Part shown: positions 20,847 through 30,180 of the stretch, in pieces
Layout of the letters: every line of letters starts with the position of its first letter
Numbering within the stretch: the first letter of the stretch is position 1
Assembly: GCA_963804955.1 (NCBI GenBank)
Contig: CAWDSQ010000007.1
Location: forward strand, 288,001-352,000
Direction: 5' to 3'
Length of the DNA: 64,000 nucleotides
From: an uncultured delta proteobacterium
GTDB lineage: Bacteria; Desulfobacterota; WTBG01; CAIYCZ01; CAIRTM01
Program-made: the position numbers and the translations under genes
Notes under the pieces: model-generated
The model's input: only the letters and a program-made list of their open reading frames with translations
Told to the model about the DNA's origin: nothing
The model's database searches: none

Positions 20847-22479
20847 TTATCCCAGTATCGCCTTCAGGTCCGCATCGGGCGTGCTGATAGGCTTGATATC
20901 AAAAGTCTTTACAAGCACATCCAGCACCCCCGGCGTAATGAATGCCGGCAGTGACGGCCCCAGACGAATGTCCTTTATGCCGAGATGCAGCAGGGTCAGC
21001 AGTATGGCCACGGCCTTCTGCTCATACCATGACAGCACCATCGACAGGGGCAGATCATTCACCCCGCAGTTGAAAGCGCCTGCCAGGGCCACGGCAATCT
21101 GCACCGCAGAGTAGGCGTCATTGCACTGGCCGATGTCAAGCAGGCGCGGAATCCCGCCGATATCGCCAAGGTCTTTGTCGAAAAACCTGAACTTGCCGCA
21201 GGCAAGGGTCAGCACCACGCAGTCTTTGGGCACCTTCTCCACAAATTCGGTGTAGTAGTTGCGGCCGGGCTTGGCGCCGTCGCAGCCCGCCACCAGAAAG
21301 AAATGCCTGATGGCCTTGCTCTTTACCGCGTCGATCACCGCTCCTGCCACGCCCATGACAGCATTGCGGGCAAAGCCGACCATGACCGATTTGCCCTCTT
21401 TGTCCTCGGTGAATCCGGGCAGCTCCAGCGCCTTTTTGATAACCGGGGTATAGTCATGCCCCGTGATATGCGCCACACCCGGCCAGCCGACCATGCTGGT
21501 CGTGAAAATATTGCCCTTATAGCTCTCGGCAGGCCGCTGGATGCAGTTGGTGGTCATAAGGATAGCGCCCGGAAATTCCGTAAACTCCTTGAGCTGGTTC
21601 TGCCATGCCGTGCCATAGTGGCCGTAAAAATGGCTGTATTTTTTCAGTGCCGGATAGCCGTGAGCAGGGCAGCATCTCGCCATGCGTATACACAGTAATG
21701 CCCTTCCCCTCGGTCTGCTTCAAAAGCTCCGCAAGGTCCTTCAAGATCATGGCCCGATACAAGAATCGCTTTGCCTTTCTTTACACCCAGGGGCACCTTT
21801 GTGGGCACGGGATGGCCGTAGGCGCCCGTATTGGCCGCATCCAGAAGCTCCATCGCGCGCAGGTTGATCTCGCCGGTTTTTAGAGCAAGGGCCACCCACT
21901 CATTGGCGCCAAGGCTCTGTATTGAAGGGGGCAGCAAGGGCCTCATACAGAAAATTATAGACCTTTTCATCCTCCTGCCCGAGCACCTGTGCATGATCGG
22001 CATAGGCTGCAACGCCCTTGATGCCGAACAGCACGATATGCTGGAGCGACAGCAGGTCGGCCGGAACCGAGGGGTCTGACTTGAGACCAACGGCAGCGCC
22101 CTGCTCGATCAGGCCGTTCAGGTCAGCCGCGGGTTTAAAGGCAGCAGCGGGCTCCGTTATAGTCGGCGCCGGTTTTGGCCTTGAGCTGTTCGCGCAGCTC
22201 CACTGCCTTTTTGATATAGGCCGGAAAACGGTCGGGGTCAAAATTCACGTTTGTGAGGGTGGCAAACAGGGCCTCGGCGGTAAATACGTCCTGGCCGGGA
22301 ATTTTAACGCCCTTCTTGATACCCTCAAGGGCATAAAGCGCAAGGCCCCGCAGGGCATGCACGAGCAGATCCTGAAGTGCCGCCACGTCGGGAGATTTGC
22401 CGCAGACGCCGCCGACGGTGCAGCCTTCGCCTTTTGCGGTCTGTTCACACTGGTAACAAAACATATTTTTCTGTGCCAT
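20847..22479 (-). CDS. hcp: Hybrid cluster protein (hydroxylamine/NO reductase); multiple frameshifts
   Basis: [71 protein letters not shown]. Confidence 0.96.
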
Positions 22480-22578
22480 AATTCTAACCTCCTTATATGT
22501 TTGAGTGCATGGTTTTGAGCGGGGATAGTATTTTGTATAGCATAAAAATGACGGCCGCCGCTGTCATATTATGAGTTA

Positions 22579-22620
22579 ACTATAGCCGACCCGGGCCCGA
22601 GAAACCTTGACGCAGGTCAA
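22579..22620 (-). promoter_or_regulatory. HcpR box TTGAC-N4-GTCAA and -10 (TATAGT) of the hcp promoter
   Basis: TTGACGCAGGTCAA at 22607-22620; TATAGT on minus at 22584-22579; centre at -41.5, canonical class II CRP/FNR position. Confidence 0.85.
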
Positions 22621-22741
22621 AAGAAAGTGCTATTTTTCATACCCTGATAAAAATTCGCATCTGCAGTGCTTGCTGGAGAAAAGAAGGTCGAAAATCAGGC
22701 CGATAAACGTCTAAACTCTACTACTTAATAAGCAGCTACCC

Positions 22742-23431
22742 ATGGACATTGCAAAACAGCTCTCCCATATTCCTCTGTTTCAGGGCCTTGAGCCACAATA
22801 CCTGCAAACCCTTGCCCGCATCGCCGTCAAAAAGTTCTTCAAACGGGGTGAAACCGTATTTGCCGAAGGCGACCCCGGCACGGGTTTTCATATCATTACG
22901 ACGGGGCGTGTCAAAGTTTACAAAACCTCGCCCGACGGCAAGGAGCAGATCCTGCACATCATGAGCCAGGGAGAGCCTTTCGGCGAGGTGCCGGTATTCA
23001 CGGGCCAGCGTTTTCCAGCCTATGCCGAAGCTATCGCCGACACCTCTACGCTGTTCATACCCCGCAATGACTTTATCAATCTCATCCGCACCGAACCGTC
23101 GGTGGCGCTCAGCATGCTTTCCGTTCTCTCCCTTCGCCTCAAGCGCTTCACCAGCCTTATAGAAGATTTATCGCTGCGGGAGGTGCCGGGCAGGCTCGCC
23201 GCGTATTTATTATACTTAAGCGAGCGCGACAAGGGGACGGATGACATCAATCTTGAAATTTCCAAAACTCAGCTGGCAAGCATACTGGGCACAATACCCG
23301 AAACCCTCTCCCGCATTCTTGCCCGTATGACCAGGGAAGAAATCATTGAGTCCGACGACAAGCGGCATATCCGCATCTGCAACCGCACTGCCGTTGAAGA
23401 ACTTGCGGCCGGCGAGCGCCGGCTTGCCTGA
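22742..23431 (+). CDS. hcpR: Crp/Fnr-family transcriptional regulator HcpR
   Basis: cNMP-like domain (GRVKVYKTSPDGKEQIL, FGE); HTH LASILGTIPETLSRIL; divergent from hcp. Confidence 0.88.
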   Translation: MDIAKQLSHIPLFQGLEPQYLQTLARIAVKKFFKRGETVFAEGDPGTGFHIITTGRVKVYKTSPDGKEQILHIMSQGEPFGEVPVFTGQRFPAYAEAIADTSTLFIPRNDFINLIRTEPSVALSMLSVLSLRLKRFTSLIEDLSLREVPGRLAAYLLYLSERDKGTDDINLEISKTQLASILGTIPETLSRILARMTREEIIESDDKRHIRICNRTAVEELAAGERRLA

Positions 23432-23567
23432 GCGCCCGGCCATGATGCCGTATTGACAGTGTTTGTTCCGTAGACTACAATGGAAAAAATCGCATCCGGC
23501 CCACCGTACATGCTCATGGTCTGTGACGTAGAGAAGCAAAAAAACTTTTTTTACGGGAGGTAGTGGT

Positions 23568-23855
23568 ATGCTGCGCATCATGGCGGTCATCACTCTGGCA
23601 ATCCTTATCGGGGCAAGCTGCTCGGATGAAAAAAACCCCGTTCGGGAATATGGCTCCACGCTCACCGGAGCAGTCAAAAAAGCTGAAAAAACAAAAGTCC
23701 TGGCCGATATGGTTACGATCAGATCTGAGATCATGCAATACAAAGCCGAAAATGGCGCATTCCCCCCAGGCCTGAATGATCTCAGAATGAAGGACATTGA
23801 TCCCGATCTCTACAATTATAATCCCGAAACGGGACAAGTTGCCCTGGCGAAGTAG
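23568..23855 (+). CDS. Small lipoprotein with pilin/GspG-like core
   Basis: GGAGG RBS; lipobox IGASC; LADMVTIRSEIMQYKAENGAFPPGLNDL...YNYNPETGQV. Confidence 0.7.
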   Translation: MLRIMAVITLAILIGASCSDEKNPVREYGSTLTGAVKKAEKTKVLADMVTIRSEIMQYKAENGAFPPGLNDLRMKDIDPDLYNYNPETGQVALAK

Positions 23856-24036
23856 CACTGCCATGTAACAGGCCCGAATGAAAAATGTGCTGTTTTGTGA
23901 AAAATTCAGGCATTCAGGATTTCTCCATCCCTGCGCGCGCTTAAAAGCGATGTACCCGTTACTGACACTTCAAAAACCCTTGCGGTTCCTGCTGTACAAC
24001 CCATAAAAATCTTTATTGAGATTTGCATCTGAATAC

Positions 24037-24065
24037 TTGACTAAAATCCTCTATGCCATGATAAT
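24037..24065 (+). promoter_or_regulatory. Sigma70-type promoter of first glycan unit
   Basis: TTGACT-N17-GATAAT; near-identical to 27833-27861. Confidence 0.7.
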
Positions 24066-24177
24066 AATGGATAGAATAATTTACTGTTTTACAGCCTGCT
24101 TTCAAAAAGAATATATATAGATATAGTCTTATTCCAACACAACAAAGAGATTACCGCTCCTGTTGTACAGTGAAGGC

Positions 24178-24201
24178 TGTAGCCGAGAGGGCGAAGCTGC
24201 A
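24178..24201 (+). promoter_or_regulatory. Leader hairpin motif copy 1 (JUMPStart/ops-like)
   Basis: TGTAGCCGAGAGGGCGAAGCTGCA; repeated at 27971. Confidence 0.55.
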
Positions 24202-24324
24202 AACACACCAGACAGGCCGGGATCGATCTCAATATAAAAACAACCAGAACAAATCATCGAACAATGCAATTCAACAAAGCGAGCTGTTCTCTGACGCTTA
24301 TATAATTTTTTTGTACTGCGAACT

Positions 24325-25230
24325 ATGTTTATAAAATTTAGAAACCATACTCTTGCGCTGTATAAAGACGAAAATTACAATTCCGCTTTTTCCGAAATGC
24401 TCGAAAGGGGACTCAGTCAAACCCCAAGCATCCTCTACGATGTTTCCATTTTCAATAAATTCAGTCGCATAGTTCATACCTATGCTGAAAGCCTGCCCGA
24501 AACGACGCTGCACATCGGACCGGGCGGCTCACTGGGCTGTGAAGTTCTCCTCTGCCTGAGCGGCATTAAAAAAGCATGGACCCTTGATCCATCCGCCTCT
24601 TTCACATTTAATCTAAGCACATTTTTCGCCGCGCTGCAGAAACTCTATACTGTTACAAACTCTCTTCAAACAATTCACAATTGCTCCGCCGCCCCCTTAA
24701 GCCTGCCTGCGCATTCCATGGAAACTGACGGCTCATACCGCATTGGTTCAAGCCTCATGCAGCATTTCCCGAACAGGACCTTTGAGAATACCGGATTGCA
24801 GAATGAATCCGTGGATTTTCTGTTTTCAAATGCAGTGCTGGAGCATGTGCGGGACCCCCTGCAATGCATCCGGGAAGCGCATCGGGTGCTCACAAAAAAA
24901 GGTCTTACTGCGCACCAGATAGACCTCCGCGATCACCGTGATTTCAGCAATCCGCTGCATTTTCTCCGCTACTCCGACAGTCAATGGCAGACTATAATGA
25001 AGAACTACTGTTCGCGCGATCCGCTACGCTACATGAACCGGTTGAGGGCTCAGGATTTTATCACCATTTTTGAAAGCGCAGGGTTTCGCATACGTGAGTT
25101 CACACCGAACGCGTCTGCATCCGATCAAACAGTCAACGATGCGCAAGCAAGCCTTGCCTCAAGCTTTACAAGGTATTCAGCAGATGAACTGAAAACAACA
25201 TCATGCTTTATAGTCGCTGAAAAACGCTGA
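24325..25230 (+). CDS. Class I SAM-dependent methyltransferase
   Basis: LHIGPG motif I; VDFLFSNAVLEHVRDP; HQIDLRDH; YMNRLR. Confidence 0.85.
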   Translation: MFIKFRNHTLALYKDENYNSAFSEMLERGLSQTPSILYDVSIFNKFSRIVHTYAESLPETTLHIGPGGSLGCEVLLCLSGIKKAWTLDPSASFTFNLSTFFAALQKLYTVTNSLQTIHNCSAAPLSLPAHSMETDGSYRIGSSLMQHFPNRTFENTGLQNESVDFLFSNAVLEHVRDPLQCIREAHRVLTKKGLTAHQIDLRDHRDFSNPLHFLRYSDSQWQTIMKNYCSRDPLRYMNRLRAQDFITIFESAGFRIREFTPNASASDQTVNDAQASLASSFTRYSADELKTTSCFIVAEKR

Positions 25231-25238
25231 AAGAGTGC

Positions 25239-25345
25239 TTGCAGGTTAAGCGGCTTCGCGGCATATGCGCTTGTGCCATTTTGGATGCAACCACGTGTGC
25301 GCTTTTCACTGCCCGTGACCGGTTCGGAAAAAAGCATCTTGCTTA
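25239..25345 (+). pseudogene. asnB: Degenerate asparagine-synthetase (GATase domain) fragment
   Basis: VKRLRGICACAILDATTCALFTARDRFGKKHLAY resembles the AsnB segment LRGMFAFAIWD...LFLARDRFGKKPLYY; no flanking domain. Confidence 0.6.
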
Positions 25346-25404
25346 CATATGCAGAAAGAACCGGGGTGATAGTATCACAGCCATAGTGTTTAATTGGTCG
25401 CGTT

Positions 25405-27138
25405 ATGGACATGCTGAGAAGGGTTTATAAAAACAATTTAATCAGACTGTTCATGCTCGCCCTTGTCTGTTCAGCATGCATACACGTGCGTGTGCCCGGC
25501 AATTATCCGTTCCTGCATCCTGCAAGAATACAAACCACCGTGCTTTCGCTGTACCTGTTCTTCCTGATCCTGCCCTGTTTATTCTTTTGTTTTAAGACGA
25601 TGTTCGGATCGGGCATTGCCTGGCTGTTTGCAATTTTTTTCATGCTGCTGTCTGTGTTTCCTTACAAATATTTTTACCGTCAGGAAACTGATCTTGCATC
25701 TATTTTCTTTGAACCTGTGCCGGACGCAGTTGGAGGCATAAACGGCTTTTTCTATATTTTCATTCTGTTTCTCGTCGCGGCAGCAGCTTTTCTCTATCGC
25801 AGCCTGCGGCAAACAAAAAAAGCGGTTCTGTGCAATCTGGACGGCAGAACATTCCTGGTGCTGTTTTTTCTTTTTTCCCTTTCGCTCCTGCAAATCATCC
25901 CCCGCCTCGGACAAAACTCACCCAAATGCGTTTTATATAATGCCCACAGGGCTGAACAGCCGTATGCCGTTGCAGGCGTTCCCTGTGAAAAATTTTACGG
26001 CTATCATTATTGCGGCTACGACGCCCTGCAGCATACGGTTCCGAGCGGATTCTTTAAAGGGGTCAGCACTGATGGCTACGGCGCCCTGGTCATCAATCGC
26101 CGCGGCCTCGGGCCGTATCTCTATTCGCACATAGCGCACTACATGAACCCCTACCTGGCTGCCATGGCCATCAACTGTTTTTTTTACTTCCTGATTATTG
26201 CCGGAGGCTTCTTCCTTGCCCGGCATATTACCGCAAGCAGCATAGTTGCCGTCTCTTTTTCCATTCTTCTGTCGGCCAACATGTATATAGTGTTCCAAAC
26301 AGTCGTGCCGTATTTTTACCTGCCCTATTGCGCATTTGTGCTTTTGATTATGTATCTGCTCTTTAAGCAGGATTTTTTTGGAGCGCCCCAGACAACCTCC
26401 GACACCCTCTTGTTTTTCTCCGTTCTTGCCTGCAGCGGATTGACCTATGATCCCTACCCGTTCAGCTCCATGCTGTTCTTCTGGGGGTTGTTTGTTTTTT
26501 GTGGAAAGTACCGTGCCGAGAGGGCAGCCGCAGACAAAGCCCTGCTTAAGGCCGTCATCTTTCCAGCTGTACCGATTTTAAGCCAGTATCTCTGGGAGAA
26601 CCTTTTAAAGTATTATGGGCTGCTCGGCGGCACTGATAACGTCAACGCGCGCAATGACCTTCTGGACAAGCTGCTCTTTCTGCCTGAATATATTTTCAGA
26701 AACTTCTGGGACTTTGCCGCTCTTGTCAATAAAAACGCCTATAGGCTTCTTGTTACAAACCCTGCAAGCAAAGATATTGAATACTGGCCGCTGTTGGGCC
26801 TGTTGGGTGTTGTCTCCCTGTTTGCATTCCTCCCCCGATATGTTGACAGGCGATATCTCAAAGGCCTGTATGCCTGTTATACTGCCAATTTTTCTATTGC
26901 GCTTGTGGCTTCTCTGGCTGCCGCCATACCGCCACAGATAAAATACGGCGATGCTTTTATCTCCGCCCTGAGATCAAACAACGCCTATCCCGTCCTGGTG
27001 CTGGCACAGAGCGCCGGCATCTGCTTGTGCGTCGATCTGTGCTTCGGCAGGCAGAGCGGCCGTTTGAGGAATATCGCAATCATAGGCTTGTCGCTTATTG
27101 TCTATGCATGTTCCTATGTGAAACTGCTTTTTACGTAA
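25405..27138 (+). CDS. Polytopic membrane protein, possibly GT-C-fold glycosyltransferase or glycan-modifying protein
   Basis: 577 aa, more than 12 hydrophobic segments with a soluble loop (INRRGLGPYLY); inside glycan locus. Confidence 0.6.
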   Translation: MDMLRRVYKNNLIRLFMLALVCSACIHVRVPGNYPFLHPARIQTTVLSLYLFFLILPCLFFCFKTMFGSGIAWLFAIFFMLLSVFPYKYFYRQETDLASIFFEPVPDAVGGINGFFYIFILFLVAAAAFLYRSLRQTKKAVLCNLDGRTFLVLFFLFSLSLLQIIPRLGQNSPKCVLYNAHRAEQPYAVAGVPCEKFYGYHYCGYDALQHTVPSGFFKGVSTDGYGALVINRRGLGPYLYSHIAHYMNPYLAAMAINCFFYFLIIAGGFFLARHITASSIVAVSFSILLSANMYIVFQTVVPYFYLPYCAFVLLIMYLLFKQDFFGAPQTTSDTLLFFSVLACSGLTYDPYPFSSMLFFWGLFVFCGKYRAERAAADKALLKAVIFPAVPILSQYLWENLLKYYGLLGGTDNVNARNDLLDKLLFLPEYIFRNFWDFAALVNKNAYRLLVTNPASKDIEYWPLLGLLGVVSLFAFLPRYVDRRYLKGLYACYTANFSIALVASLAAAIPPQIKYGDAFISALRSNNAYPVLVLAQSAGICLCVDLCFGRQSGRLRNIAIIGLSLIVYACSYVKLLFT

Positions 27139-27555
27139 TGAGCCTTCCTGCTGCGGAACAGACCGCATGAGCAGTATTAAAAATAAAAAAATCGCGCATT
27201 TTTATGGCTCATGCAGCTTATTGATGCCGCACTTTTCAAAAACTGTTTTATCCTCTACAGGTGTTGACCTGATTTTTGGGGCCGGACCGGTCTGATTTTT
27301 GACACCCGCCCGATCCCTGGATTTCTGCTGCCGATTGCAGAGCCACTGTGCAACCTTGCAGAAAGCATCCCCCTCCTGTCGGGAATTGCCGGATCATTAT
27401 ATTTCTCCGCCCGAATGCCGCTTCTGTAATCCTGTAAAAACTTTGCGCGGTGCCGGCTCGATCTCTATCGCATCAGGCCCTGTTACCAAATCCGTACAAG
27501 TTCGACATACGGGAAAAAGGTGCATGATTCAGCAGCGGGCCTTGAATGTTTTTAC

Positions 27556-27737
27556 TAGAGCATTTAACTATTTGCCGTAGCCATGCGCAGCGGTGAACTT
27601 TTGATTCGTTTGCCCGTGCTAAATTCTCGCATCAGAGCCATGCTATGGTGGAAGGTCAATCGCTCGAACCGCACGGGCTGCTCTCACCAAAAGCTCACCA
27701 CTGTGTTTTCGGCTATACTATTTTGTTAAATGCTCTA
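27556..27737. mobile_element. MITE-like element with TAGAGCA termini
   Basis: Perfect 13-bp TIR TAGAGCATTTAAC/GTTAAATGCTCTA; body is an imperfect long palindrome (GGTGAACTTTTG/CAAAAGCTCACC, GCCCGTGC/GCACGGGC). Confidence 0.75.
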
Positions 27738-27832
27738 AAGATACAATACTTGGCAGGTCTCGAAAACCGGCGCTTTCAGCGTCATTGCCGAAGGTAGAAC
27801 AAATATGTATTTGTATTTCGTTATTTGAGTGC

Positions 27833-27861
27833 TTGACTAAAATTCACTCTACTATGATAAT
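27833..27861 (+). promoter_or_regulatory. Sigma70-type promoter of wzm-wzt glycan operon
   Basis: TTGACT-N17-GATAAT. Confidence 0.7.
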
Positions 27862-27970
27862 ATTGATATAAAATAGTTTTAAGAAAACTGTATCTTCAGC
27901 AAAGCATGTACATCAGTAGGCTGATGCAGCGTGAACAGGATGCATCCCGATCCCTTTCGTGCCTAAACAG

Positions 27971-27994
27971 TGTAGCCGAGGGGGCGGAGCTGTA
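27971..27994 (+). promoter_or_regulatory. Leader hairpin motif copy 2 (JUMPStart/ops-like)
   Basis: TGTAGCCGAGGGGGCGGAGCTGTA; GGGGCGGAG resembles ops GGCGGTAG. Confidence 0.55.
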
Positions 27995-28080
27995 TGTACT
28001 TCTCCCCTGTTGCCCCATGATGCTCTGCAACTGGAACGGAGCGATTCTTTAAATTTAAAGTACTGGTTTAGAGTCCTTGC

Positions 28081-28935
28081 ATGGAAAAAAAGCTGCCGAT
28101 TACTGAATATACAGCGGAATCTAAAAATCAGCCATATGCAGCAATACTCCATTCCATGTGGCGGGATCTGCTTGACTCCCGCGAACTTTCATGGAGACTC
28201 ACCATTAAAGACATCCGCGCCCAGTACAGGCAGTCGCTGCTGGGCATTTTTTGGGCTTTCCTGCCGCCCCTTGTAACGGCTCTGATCTTTATTTTTCTCA
28301 ACAGCCGCAATATTGTCAATTTCGCTGACACGGATATTCCCTATCCGGTATTCGCGGTCTATGGCACTGTCCTGTGGCAGATTTTCGTTTATGGCCTGCA
28401 GGCCCCGTTGCGGGTTGTTGCCGAAGCAAAACCCATGCTTACGAAAATCAATTTCCCCCGGGAAGCTCTTATCTTATCCTGTTTCTGGCAATCGCTCCTC
28501 AATCTGCTTATTAAAACGGCCATTCTGGTGCCGGTGTTGATAATTTTCAATGTCCCACTGACATGGGGGCTGCCCTGTTCCCTGGCGGCAATGGTCGTTT
28601 TGACCCTCCTCGGCATGGCGATAGGGCTTCTCTTGACGCCCATCGGCCTGCTTTACTCTGATATTTCACACGGCTTGACCCTTTTCATAACCATATGGTT
28701 TTTTGCTACCCCCGCTGTCTACCCGCCGCCGGAGGGCCTGCCTTTTTCAATGCTTGCAACACTCAACCCGGTCAGCCCCGTGCTCATAGGCGCCAGGGAT
28801 CTCGCGACCCGCGGGGCGCTGCTCAACCCCGAAGCTTTTTTTATCGTAACCTCGCTGATGATCGCTCTGCTGATTGCGGCATGGATCATCTATCGCCTTG
28901 CCATGCCGATACTGATCGAAAGAATGAATGCATAG
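28081..28935 (+). CDS. wzm: Polysaccharide ABC exporter permease
   Basis: KDIRAQYRQSLLGIFWAFLPP, KINFPRE, FATPAVYP, LNPVSP. Confidence 0.92.
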   Translation: MEKKLPITEYTAESKNQPYAAILHSMWRDLLDSRELSWRLTIKDIRAQYRQSLLGIFWAFLPPLVTALIFIFLNSRNIVNFADTDIPYPVFAVYGTVLWQIFVYGLQAPLRVVAEAKPMLTKINFPREALILSCFWQSLLNLLIKTAILVPVLIIFNVPLTWGLPCSLAAMVVLTLLGMAIGLLLTPIGLLYSDISHGLTLFITIWFFATPAVYPPPEGLPFSMLATLNPVSPVLIGARDLATRGALLNPEAFFIVTSLMIALLIAAWIIYRLAMPILIERMNA

Positions 28936-28980
28936 CCCCCCTCCCCTGCTTAATAACGGAACATCGACGTACCAGCAGCC

Positions 28981-30180
28981 ATGCAGGAAAATGAGCCTTT
29001 TATAACAGTTGAACACGTAGGCAAAAAATTTTGCCGAAGCCTGAAAAAATCCCTTTGGTACGGCCTTCAGGATATTTATACCGAAGTGAGCGGCAGGCAG
29101 CGTTCGCATGATCTGCGCCCGGACGAGTTCTGGGCTCTTACGGATGTTTCATTCGAATTGCGCAGGGGGGAATGCCTGGGCGTTATAGGTCCGAACGGCT
29201 CAGGCAAGAGCACACTGCTTAAAATCATCAATGGCCTGCTCAGGCCGGACAGGGGCAGGATAATCGTTCGGGGCCGTACAGGCGCCTTAATTGAACTGGG
29301 GACGGGGTTCAACCCGATCCTGACCGGCAGGGAAAACATTTATAATAATGCAGCTGTCCTGGGCATACACAAGGCCGACATAGACAGGAAGCTTGACGAA
29401 ATAATCGATTTTGCCGAAATCAGAGAATTCATCGATACTCCTATTCAAAGCTACAGCTCCGGCATGAAAGTTCGGCTGGGGTTCGCCGTTGCAGCGCACC
29501 TGAAGCCGGACGTGATGCTCATCGATGAAGTGCTGGCGGTGGGCGATGTGGGGTTCCGCGCTAAATGTTATTTAAAGATATCAGAACTCATAGAAAACTG
29601 CGCTGTCATTTTTGTTTCGCACAACATGTCGCAGATAGCAAAGTTATGCAGCAAAGTGCTGGTGCTGGATCGCTGCAGGGGCATTTCACTGTCTGAACCG
29701 CCGCAGGGCATTGAGCGATACAACAGCCTGTTTCCGGACATGCAGACGGTCGTTGCGGGCACCGGCGAGGCAAAAATTGAGCAGCTGACGCTTCTTGACA
29801 GCCACAATCGATCGACAGAAACTTTCGCCTACAATGAGGCGATGCGCATACGGTTCAACCTGGAAGTGGCGGACTGCCATGAGGAATATGTCATATCGAT
29901 AACATTTATGAATGCCGATTCAAACCTCCTGGCGCAATGCCACTCACGCTACAATAATGTGACCTTGACGAACACAAAAAAACCGGGCACGGTTAGCGTC
30001 AGCATACAGAACCTTCCGCTGAACCCGGGAATATATTATATCAACATAATTGTTTTTGACAAAAACAACACGAAGCACCTGCTGTGGCTGTACAGCGCAA
30101 AAAAAATAATCGTTACAGGCGATTTCCATGGCGGAGCGCCAATACAGTTCAGTGCTGCATGGGAACAAACATCACAGTGA
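28981..30180 (+). CDS. wzt: Polysaccharide ABC exporter ATPase with C-terminal carbohydrate-binding domain
   Basis: GPNGSGKST, YSSGMKVRLGFA, IDEVLAVGD, FVSH; Wzt-C beta-sandwich tail (LPLNPGIYYI). Confidence 0.93.
   Translation: MQENEPFITVEHVGKKFCRSLKKSLWYGLQDIYTEVSGRQRSHDLRPDEFWALTDVSFELRRGECLGVIGPNGSGKSTLLKIINGLLRPDRGRIIVRGRTGALIELGTGFNPILTGRENIYNNAAVLGIHKADIDRKLDEIIDFAEIREFIDTPIQSYSSGMKVRLGFAVAAHLKPDVMLIDEVLAVGDVGFRAKCYLKISELIENCAVIFVSHNMSQIAKLCSKVLVLDRCRGISLSEPPQGIERYNSLFPDMQTVVAGTGEAKIEQLTLLDSHNRSTETFAYNEAMRIRFNLEVADCHEEYVISITFMNADSNLLAQCHSRYNNVTLTNTKKPGTVSVSIQNLPLNPGIYYINIIVFDKNNTKHLLWLYSAKKIIVTGDFHGGAPIQFSAAWEQTSQ

Noticed and set aside
1..22479. Programmed frameshifting, phase variation or mass pseudogenisation
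   Set aside because: Indels hit unrelated genes, including bioD and hcp, with no shared slippery motif or in-frame decay; assembly error is simpler.
27380..27515. Possible FabD C-terminal remnant on minus strand (DAIEIEPAPRKVFTGLQKR)
   Set aside because: Similarity is too short and degenerate to support without blastx.
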